Assembly: GCF_018977255.1 (NCBI RefSeq)
Contig: NW_024704743.1
Span: 82,896,001-82,960,000, forward strand
Source: Callorhinchus milii
Taxonomy: Eukaryota
Direction of reading: 5' to 3'
DNA: 64,000 nucleotides
Shown here: positions 23,104 through 33,434 of the stretch, one piece after another
Numbering within the stretch: position 1 is the first letter of the stretch
How the letters are laid out: every line of letters starts with the position of its first letter
Program-made: the position numbers and the translations under genes
Notes under the pieces: model-generated
Seen by the model: the letters and a program-made list of their open reading frames with translations, nothing else
The model's database searches: none
What the model was told of the DNA's origin: nothing

Positions 23104-23894
23104 CTAATACCATTGAAAATATCATTCTAGGCATTGGACTGCGACTGTGCTACTTCCCTCACTGAGAGTTAGTTCGCTCTTACGGATCAATGTATGAAAC
23201 AAATGACTCAGATCAAATATGTCTGGAGGAAACTTGAAAAAGTTCTTAGAAATATTCTATAAATGCCTCTCCTTTTCCCCCTTCTCTATTTGGGCTCCCT
23301 CATCTTAATTTGCTACAAAAATAGTCACTACACTGGGCAATAACTACTGTTAATTGCTTTAAAGATGTTTTGACATGGAAAAATTCTATAGCCTCCCTCT
23401 TCGTGATAGTTTTCTCTTCTCTCCACCTTCTCAAAACCTGAAAATAATATGAGGAAAGCTCTCCAGTGTCTCAACAAGTTCATCCAGTGAGTAGCCGAGC
23501 CAGTGTAAATCAAAGGGGTTCCAGGTTCGTTAACTGCCCTGTGCCGGTTAAGGGGCTCAAGCAAAAAAGCAACACAATTGATATTAGTGCTCAGATTAAA
23601 GAGGGGGAAAGCAGTCCATTTATTGGCATCTCTGGACTGTTCAACAACTCTGTAAAAATTGGACTTTAGGAAAGAATAGAATTCGTCCAGCTGTGATGTC
23701 CCTCTGCAATTGAATAGTCTGACACAACTCGTCACCAAAGTTCACACATGAACCATAAACAATTGGACATGCTATAGGAGGGTGATTGACACCTCTGGAG
23801 CCTTACTCCAGTAAAATGAACATGGGAAAATGCTTCAGAAGAGGAGTAGAGGGTAGAATATTGGCAATAAAAAGGTCCTGCAAGAAAGCATGAA

Positions 23895-24057
23895 ACAATA
23901 ATAATAATAATCCTTGCATTTGAGATAGCGCCTTATCATTTCTTTGAGATGTCTCAAAGCGCTTCACAGAATATACTGTAAAGTGAATTGCCTGTATTTT
24001 GTGGGTAAAACACGGCAGCCAATTGTGCACAGCAGTGTCCCACAAACAGTAATGGAT
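23895..24057 (-). mobile_element. DeuSINE-type SINE 3' half
   Basis: (TAA)n TCCTTGCATTTGAGATAGCGCCTTATCA...; reverse complement of 22945-23103. Confidence 0.88.
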
Positions 24058-24084
24058 GGATTGACAAAATTATTATGTTTTTTA

Positions 24085-24900
24085 TTTTATTCATTTATAA
24101 GAGGCAAGTGGTATCAATTCTGCCCCTTCGAAGTACCAAACATACGTGCTTATCATGGCCTCCACCCACATACTTTAGCTTCTTTGGAAAAGGTCTGTGT
24201 ATAAATATTCACTCCCTCCACCCCCCTCCCAGAGGTAGCCGAGCAAAAGTTCCAGAGTGCTCATGCACAGCTACATCTTTACTATTCAACTCTAGCCTGA
24301 TCCCCTTTGCGGATAAAATTTCCCTTCTCCAGGAACCACCACAGAACCATCAATCAGATCCTGAGGAAAATTTGCTCTTCTCAGTCGATACCTATTGTAG
24401 AACTTCAATATTTGTATCTGAAACATATTTAATCAATGTAGCAGCGAGTTTTATGCAAGATCTATATCATGTTCTTCCTCAGTCNTTTTTTCCAATGAAG
24501 ATGTTCAACTTAGCAAACCTTTCGTCATAAATTTGCATCCATGTCCTGGAATCATTTCTGTTGTTCTTTGAAACTTCTCCAAAAAAAGTCCTTTATGAAG
24601 ATTGGGTGCTCAAACGTGCCCAGAATCTGGCATATATAGTATATATTCTAAACAAATTGTCGTTATTCCAAAAGATGCCACTTGTAAAATCCTACCCAGG
24701 ACTTCATATTTCTATATCCAAATATAGTTCAGTTGTGTCTCAAATCCTCTATGATATCTGTATCCTCAACTCTTGCATGGATTGCATTTCTAACTCTGGA
24801 ATGTAATATTTTCTATCATGTCAATGAACGTTGTTTAATCAGGAATGAAGGCATCTCCCTAAGCATCACTTCCCTGTTATAAGCTTTTATCCTATTTGTC
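24085..24900 (-). mobile_element. Old CR1 LINE 3' region
   Basis: Reverse strand resembles the CR1 3' UTR and ORF2 end (CTGGGCACGTTTGAGCACCCAATC corresponds to 'C.Q.W.P'); heavily decayed. Confidence 0.55.
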
Positions 24901-25439
24901 GGGGGCCTACTGCCAAATATTAGTGTATCTATCAAGTTGCACACAGATAATACCTGAGAAATTCAGCAGAGAATAAAACACCTAGAGAGATGCAATGGAC
25001 ACTGCAAACAACTTTTTCTTATATGATTATATTCTTTGGGTACTTTGCATGTGATTCACAGTGTTCGCAGGCAAACCACAGACAGTAAAATTGACCGGAT
25101 TCCACCCGCAACCATGGGATAATGAAATAAAACTTAACCTGAGCTTGTGTCTGAATGCAACCAACTGAAATGTTGCTTTTGGTGTTTGTGCCTCATATAT
25201 TTGACTGGGAATATCTACAGTCTTAATAAAGAGTTACACCATAACTGAAAATTGTTCATAATTCACATCTGCATAGACGTTTTTTAAACTATGCACTGGA
25301 ACAGTGTGGATTATTAAGTGTCCTTTTACAATAGCATGCATCTGATTACTGAGTACCACACAAATAAATAATACAACACACAAAATGGCTTCACACAGTT
25401 GGGCAGAAGTCTTTTTCAGGATATAGCTGCATACCAACT

Positions 25440-25762
25440 GTAACATCATCAACAAATTACATTTGTAAAGCCCCTTTCACGTCAAAAGGATGTCTCAAGG
25501 CATTGGACAGTCAGGGATTTTGACGCAAGCTGGGGGCTGGGATCACGAGGGGTGGAGTGCAGGAAGGGTAGGGGTAGGGAGGTGGCCGAAAGCACAGTCG
25601 AAGATTAGGGTCTTGAGACGTGCCTTGAAGGAGGCAAGGGAGGGATAAGGTGAAAGGACTATGGGGTGGAGTTCCAAAGAGTGGGGCCAGAGAGGCTGAG
25701 GGCCCTACCGTTGATGGTGGGGCGGTCTGGGCGGAGGATGTGGAGGAGGCCGTATGGAGCAA
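25440..25762 (-). mobile_element. L2 LINE 3' end
   Basis: Reverse L2 terminus and 3' UTR; same subfamily as 25808-26070. Confidence 0.85.
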
Positions 25763-25807
25763 ACATGAATATCATGTTAGCTTTCTAGAGTACTGTAAGA
25801 TATACTA

Positions 25808-26070
25808 TCAGGCCTTCAGTCTCTCTGCCCCAACCCTCTGGAACTCTATCCCACATTCCCTTTGTTTCGCTCCCTCCCTTCCCTCCTTCAAGGCACACCT
25901 CAAGACCCTCCTCATCACCCATGCTTTCGGCCACATTCCTACCCCTACCCTCCCTGCCCTCCACCCCTTCTGATCCCAGCCCCCAGCTTGCATCCAAATC
26001 CCTAATTGTCCAGCGCCTTGGGACGTCCTCCCGACTTGAAAGGCGCTATATAAATGTATTTTTTATTATT
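25808..26070 (+). mobile_element. L2 LINE 3' end
   Basis: QAFSLSAPTLWNSIP...SFKAHLKTLL; terminus AGCGCCTTGGGACGTCCTCCCGACTTGAAAGGCGCTATATAAATG. Confidence 0.88.
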
Positions 26071-26259
26071 GGGTTTCGATGCTGGTAAACAGACGTTGCA
26101 ACTAACACTCAGCACTTTTGCAGCAAGTGTGTATGTATCAAATCGCTGCTGTTTTCGTGACTGGTATTCTACTAAGCTCTGTTAGTCTAAAGGGAAACGG
26201 GATGCACCATGCGTCCTGAGGTCTTCTCATGCTGGCTTGCGTTATTGGCTTTGGTTGTA

Positions 26260-26445
26260 AACAACTGTAATAACTTACGTTTATACAGTGTCCTTCACGT
26301 AGGATAACTTTGTTTTACTGTGACAGGGATGAACACCCAGCAGGGGAGAGAGGAGTAAATGGGAAATATGCACAGGCACAGTCAAAGCGGTAGGGTTTAA
26401 AGCGGGACTTGAAGACAGAGGGAGTGAGTTGGAGGGGTAGAGAAT
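26260..26445 (-). mobile_element. Old L2 3' relic
   Basis: AACTTACGTTTATACAGTGTCCTTCACG reverse terminus. Confidence 0.55.
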
Positions 26446-26834
26446 TCCCCTAACCTCTAGGGACCAGAAGCTTTAACAGTAAAACGTATAGGATTCTAAG
26501 GCTGAACACAAGTCTAGCATTTCTCTGACCACTTTTGGTAAAAAATCTCAAGATACCTGAAATATTATTGAAATTCCACTGGTAGGGAATAATTCAACTG
26601 TAGATCTGAGCAGATAGTTTGACATAAAATACATACACAGGAATTTAGGACATGGGTAAAATTAATGAGTAAAATGAGAGCTTAGAAGTCACTACAATAG
26701 TACAAGAGTATTTTTTTTGTGAAACAAACTCCCAGCAGTTGGTACTGTGTTGATTAACTCCGACAATTATATCAGACATGAAGTGCTGGATGAGAGCTAA
26801 CTTTCTTTAGTCAAACATCGAACATTGATTCCCG

Positions 26835-27651
26835 TCAGCACCTCCTCCATTCAGGCGCTGACAGGATCACCATCCATGGTTGCATACTCCACCTTGCTAA
26901 GTCAGTCCATAACCTTGGCATCTTGTTTGACCCTCAACTATCCTTTCTACCACATATCTGCGCTATGACCCACTCTGCCTTCCCCCACCTCCGCAACGTC
27001 GCCCAGTTCTGACACTGTTTCACTCCGCAGGCCGCCGAAACCCTCATACACGCTTTCGTTACATCGAGGCTTGACTATTCAAACTCATTACTTGTCGGCC
27101 TCCCCAACTCCTCCCTCCACAGGCTGCAGATCATCCAGAACTCTGCAGCCCATGTCCTCTCGCACACTAAGCTCCGCGACCCTATCACCCCCATCCTTGC
27201 CCAACTCCACTGACTTCCCATCACACAGAGGATACAGTTCAAGATCCTGGTCCTCACCTTCAAAGCCCTCCACAGCCTTGCTCCCCACCACTTCTCTGAC
27301 CTCCTAACCCCTTGCCACCCTGTTCGCTCCCTCCACTCAGCAGGCTCCAGCCTGCTTCATGTCCCCCACCTTGCTCGCCCCACTGTTGATGGGTGGGCCT
27401 TCTGCCACTCTGCCCCCACCCTCTGGAACTCCATCCCACAGTCCCTCCGTCTCATCCCCTCCCTCGCCACCTTTAAAACCCATCTCAAGACCCCACTCTT
27501 CGACCGTGCTTTCGATCTCCCTGCTTCCCCCCCTGCCCTCCACCCTCCCCCATCCCGACCCGCAGCTCGGGTCCTTAACGCTGTCTGTCCAGCACCTAGG
27601 GATATCCTCCCAATGTGAAAGGCGCTATACAAATGTAATTTTGTTGTTGTT
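26835..27651 (+). mobile_element. L2 LINE, 5'-truncated (ORF2 C-terminal domain, 3' UTR, (TTG)n)
   Basis: SVHNLGILFDPQLSF...AETLIHAFVTSRLDYSNSLLVGLP...LQIIQNSAA with internal stops; L2 terminus. Confidence 0.92.
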
Positions 27652-27862
27652 GTGTGAGCCTTGCAGTTAGTGTTTGCAAGCCACGTGACTGTAGAGGGCA
27701 TCACAGACGGGCCTAACCTCTTGTCTCGAGGCTACTAAACACAGCACCACTCGAAGAGGGTATTGAAGTAGCAGGAATATTGGCTGTTTTTCCTTTCCCT
27801 AACCTGGGAACAGCAGGACCAATTTAGTCTTCCCAGGTATCCCAGCTGAGTCCAGCAAACTA
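27652..27862 (-). mobile_element. Ancient SINE, MamSINE1-like
   Basis: TGTGTGAGCC...GAGGGCATCACAG...GGCTGTTTTTCCTTTCCCTAACC...CCCAGCTGAG, collinear with the 3709 and 5866 copies. Confidence 0.55.
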
Positions 27863-30109
27863 GTTATCCATATTTAAACAATGGAAATAGTGTTTCAGGA
27901 GAATGAGTAAATATTTTGGAGGTTGCTTGATAGATGTTTGACAACAGGAAGTATTTGATCTGAAAGTTTCCTCAGGAGATTTAGTGGCTGGGGTAGACTC
28001 CACAAAGGGGTATATTGTCTGGAAGAGTCATGTTTGATTGGAACGAATAGCCTTTTCCTTTCCATGTTGCCTTATGTTTCTCTCTTCTGTCAGAAAAATA
28101 AATGATGGAATGTGCAAGCCTAATATCATAAGAGGCATGTAGTGCTGTGTTCACAAACTGCTACAGGAAGAAAGCAGGGTTGCAATACAAAACAAAGATT
28201 CATGTTGGAAATGTAAAACAATGGGTATCAGACACAGACTGACAACTGGCGGGTGAGTAGCCTGCTGGCACATGAGGAATGGCTCTTTGAATGAAGTTCT
28301 AGGTGCCTCAAGAGTCATTTTCTCAGGAGATAGGACAATATTGGGGGGAATAAAAATCTGTTGTCAAATTAAGTGAAATATCAATTTCTGATGTGCCATC
28401 CACATAACAAATATTTGTGAAAACATCACCCAGCTTCTTCCCCCTAGCCTGATTCTACATTAATATATTTTTTAAATCTTTCAGCGTATTGAAGATTTAA
28501 AAGACTAATTGTAACAAATTGTATTGTGCCCACAGCTACATTGCCTTTACATTGTTTGAATTAGCACAAATAAAAATGTCAGTCCACCAGACTGAAATCC
28601 ATAGAAGAAAGCTACGCTGAACGACAATTTAGCCCTTAGACTTGCAACTCTGACTGGCAGCATTCACCCAATATCACATCTCCTCAGTCAACAAATCAAA
28701 TGATTTGCAGACACCAAAATGCATTCACTTGTGCTTATTATTGTTCTTCCATGACACACCTTGAAGTGAAGAAAAAAATCATCCTCACTGGAGAAACAGG
28801 TAAAATTAGAATGGCCAAAAAATGTAACTCAGTTACTTATGAGTTATGGGTCTTTCACACTTATTTCGAAGACGTTTCACATGTTTCCAGTCTTGACGTC
28901 TTCTATATATTACATTTGTGTGTGTTCAGAGACCACAATGAATGTGTGAAATGTTGGGTTCTGAACTGTACACCTTCTAATTCTGCTATATAATTTATAG
29001 CAGCTAAGTGCTATGAAAAATTATTTTGTGTGTTACTTGATGGATGCAGCCCTGCAAAAGATTTCTAGTATTCAAAGATAAAATATTAGAACAATAAAGC
29101 TGCTACGATTTTTAAAAGTAAGGTGTTTTTTTCTTTATGTTGCACTGAAATCGCGCCTTAGGCAAACATGTAAAATTGTCACCGTTGACTGAAAGGTTTA
29201 ACAAATAAAATTACTGTAAACGTATTAAGAGTCAGAAAATTAGAATCTGCATTCAAGTGTAACAAAGCATTAAGGTTTTGTTTTAGTAATCCTATCTTTT
29301 TACAAAACACATTAAGTTATGAATATAGGGTAGATAAATGCATACAACATATTGGTATATGATGCTTTGGAAGATAAAGTAAATAATGCTGTGTTTTTGC
29401 TTATGTAGGTCCTGTTATAGAAATTAGGGTAACTGTTTTCATAGTTGCATTGTGTGGTTTTGACACCAAATACCCATACTAATCCATTTTATAGCATCTT
29501 AGATGGCAACTGATATTTGAAGGGCTTGCAGTGCAATTTATTGGTGGCCTATATCAATATGAGATATCAATATCCAATTATAGTACACCACCCATAGTTG
29601 GTTTGAGTAAATAAAACTCTGTCAGTTAAAATAAATGAAAGCAACAATGTGAATATTTCAGAGGCGAATGTCACAGCAGACCTGAAGCAACATATTTCAT
29701 CTTGATTGTTCCAGCATACAGATTTGAGAGTTTGAAATAATAGAAGAACGGTATAGGAGTTAATCATTGGATTTTTTTATTTTTATGTTTTTTATTACTT
29801 GTAATAGAAAGGATTACGTAAGTTCTAAAATGGATTGTGTTCCATTTAACAGATGTAGGACTTTGTAATAAAAATTGATTTACACGCTGTGTGCAGTAGT
29901 TGAGCACCCCCTTTTTAAAACCACCCATCAAGATACATAAGGTAGTAGTCTAAAGGTTAGTGCACTCATTTCACACCATATTAATTGCAAGTTTGAGTCC
30001 AGAATTTGACTTTCACCTTTATGGGTTTGTGACTGCCTTAGAAGTGGCTTTCCAATCATTTTGACACTAGCCTACTGATAAGTAGGGAAGTAGGAAGGCT
30101 ACATACAAC

Positions 30110-30350
30110 CATAGAACCATAGTTGGAGGCCGTTCAAGCCATTTTTTTCCATGTTTGTTCCTTCAAGAAGCAAATATCCTTATCCCAATTTCCTGCTCTT
30201 TCCCTGTAACCTTTAATCCTCTTCCCCGACATGTGCTTGTCTAATACATTTCTAAATGCCCCCAATTAACTTTCTAACAGCCACCCCTGGCAAATCATCC
30301 AGTTCTGTGATGATCATCTGCCCTAGTCACAATCTTCAATAACAAGAATA
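30110..30350 (-). mobile_element. CR1 3' end relic
   Basis: CATAGAACCATAG tail, GGAGGCCGTTCAAGCC, and reverse ORF2 end. Confidence 0.6.
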
Positions 30351-33288
30351 ACATCTTGACTGGACAGTCTGGATGTGGATTTGAGTGTTTCCACCATATC
30401 AAGTCCTCCCGACATGAAAGCCCTATGTAATTTGTTGTTCTTGTTGTTGAATTGTGCAGAGGCTTAAGAATAGAAATTAGTGTTGATTGGTTCGGCAAAT
30501 AGACTCATTTTACCTAGAGTGCATTTCCTAAATGCACAGGAAGTGTGGGTACATGAAGGTATTTACTGCAGGCACGACCTGGCTGAATGTGTAGCATAAT
30601 GTAGCAATACTAGCAAAATCAATGTTGGACTTGTTCCTGTCATGCCAACTCTCACCCTTTTTGGAGGATCTGCTCATGCTGGGTCTTTGGAAAGCGATAT
30701 TCATAAATTGACTGGCAAATAATGAATTTTGTAAGTACCCTGGATGTGTCAAGTCAACCCACTGATATTCTGCTTAGGTATGGATCTTCTGCTTGGATTT
30801 ATGGAATTGAACTGGAGTTTGGCTTCTGAATGTAGTTCGGATGAGGCAGCCTTCTGGCATATCGGGTAAAAATAGGGATCTTTATTTACTCAGCAATTTC
30901 CAAATCTAATATTTTTGACGCCTACATTCCCGGCCCTTTTTGCTAACCGTATTGTCCGTTTTGTGTTAACAATATCACTGGTGGAAGTGGATTATTTAAG
31001 AACTTGATATCCAACTTGATGCAAAGTATTTGAATAGTGTAAAAATCAAAAGTATTGCTTTGGAGGAGTAATGGAGTATGATGGGTCTTAAACAGTCAAT
31101 CTAGACAGCTTGGCCTCAAATGGGAATAAACAAAGTAAATTGGCAATTCTGTTATTCTGCCTATGACGATTTTAGCTGAAATTCCTTCCAAAGTAGACTA
31201 TGTTGCAGTCATTGTCGGTCCAGTACATTTACTTTGACAGAGAGAGGAAAATTCCAAGTCACACAATCTCCTGACCATAATATTTATGCTGATGGTAGCA
31301 TTGTGGTTCTTCTTTTGGTGCTGCAACACTTATATTTAAAGCCAGGCCCACTGATCTCTATATCTATAACTCCTTATGATTTAGTCTCTCAGCACGGAAT
31401 AAAGTATTAGCAGCCAAATGCAGAGCAGTAGCAATAATAATATTGCCATGCATTTTAATGAATTTTTAACAGTGTTTTAAGTCGTATTATGGACAGATAC
31501 TGCTCTAAGGCCTGACATTTCACCTCTTCTTAGTCTGTAAGATCATGTTATCTTAAAATTTCAGATTGTGTAACATTATGAAAAAATCTTCTATTCATTC
31601 TAAATTTGGAAGTTGCTATAAGTAGTCAATTTTAGGAGACTTTAAACAGATTATAGTGGTGGGTGCAAATGCAGGACCTTGTGCATGCTTGCTTGCTAAA
31701 GCCAGAACTGTGTGTAAATCAACCATCACAACTGAATAATGTAGAAACTGTACAGACACCTTTTCAGATCATGTGTAGTATCAGTGGAGAAAGCCAAAAC
31801 AAATCACAGAGAAAAGTACCATTTGCAGGTGCAAAATGTTGAGGTTCTTTCTGGAAAACAAACACTGGAGGCAGCGACTTTGCATAAACATGAGATTTCA
31901 TTACAAGGCACTGAAATGGGAAATATGCAAGGTGCTAAGAGTTACATGTTTTACATTACGGATGTGCCATCGTGAGAGGGAACTGCAATACACATCTAGG
32001 TGGAATATTGCACTTTATAACACATGCTGCATAATGTTGCTTGCACTAAATCTATGTAAAGTATTTCCACCATAATTATTACATGACTTAGCTCCAATAT
32101 AATATGAATACCGGAAAAAGAACCTGTTCAGTGGCATAATATTGGACAGTGGTACATAATAATGCCCCTTACATTTGATATAGCACTTTATCACATCATC
32201 CAGACATTTCAAAGTGTTTCACAGGATTCACTGTAATGTGGTGGACCTGTGTGCATTTTACACAAGATGTAATGTGTGACTTATAAGTGAAAGACAACAG
32301 GGTCAATTTTGTGGTACTTCTTAACATAAATTCTTTATTAAGAAATGAAAACGAGACTCATCGCCTCACAGAAATGCCATTCCAAATCAGAGCAGAGTTC
32401 CTTTAAATCAGTGTGATGTACTTCGGAATACCAGAAAGCAATCGGATTTCCTAATTGAGAAATATCGTAAAATTACCGCTAGTGGATAAATTATTTTATG
32501 CTGGAAGGGAAGCTGTCTTTTGTTCTTTAGGCGCTTTTAATTACTTAAATGCAGAACAGTTATCCCTGCCTTCAGTTGTATGTATTTTAAAAGAACAATC
32601 TGCCTTTATATTTGTAAGCTGTATGTCCTTGCAGATAAATGCATATTAACTGTAAATCAATTGGAAAAGGTTCACAAAGATTTAATTGGAAAATCTGTCC
32701 TATGCTGTTAAACCAGGATAAATGTATATTTACATCCTGAGTAGCTGAGCAGAATCACTTCAAATTAATTATGTGTGTACTTGACTCCTATTGTTTCTGC
32801 CGCCCTGGCCTATCCTGTCCCAATACAGGAAAGATTGTGCACCTACCCACTGTTAGACTTTGTAAATTCATGTTTAACCCTAGATTAAATCCAACCTCAA
32901 AAATATTCCTTTGTAGTTTTCATTTTCAAACTGCATTTTCAAGAGGATTACTCAAAACGCTGGTACATTCACCGAATTACTAGGTCAAACAGGGATACAT
33001 GTAGGCTGATCAGCAAGTTTTCACGGTCATTCAAGAGAGCAAAGGATTATTATCTGTTTAAAACAGTCGAGAGAAATGAGCCAATGTTGATGATGATCAT
33101 TTAAGTCACTAACAATAATGAAATAAAGAACTTGCATTTTTATAGTGACTTATTATGTGGAAACATCTCAAAGCACTTTACTAGTAATTACTGACAAGTG
33201 TAGTGACTGTTACTTCAGGCAATTCTGCCTGCCATTTGCACTATCAAATTCCTACAAGCAGCTATCCTGGAAGACTGGAATGACTGGA

Positions 33289-33289
33289 T

Positions 33290-33325
<36 letters not shown>

Positions 33326-33434
33326 CCTCGCATTTGATATAGCGCTTTTCACGTCCTCTAGACATCTCAAAGCGCTTCACAGAATATACTGTAAAGTGAA
33401 TTGACTGTATATCTGTGGGCGAAATGCGACAGCC
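33289..33434 (-). mobile_element. DeuSINE-type SINE 3' part with expanded (TAA)n tail
   Basis: Reverse complement of the family tail. Confidence 0.85.
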
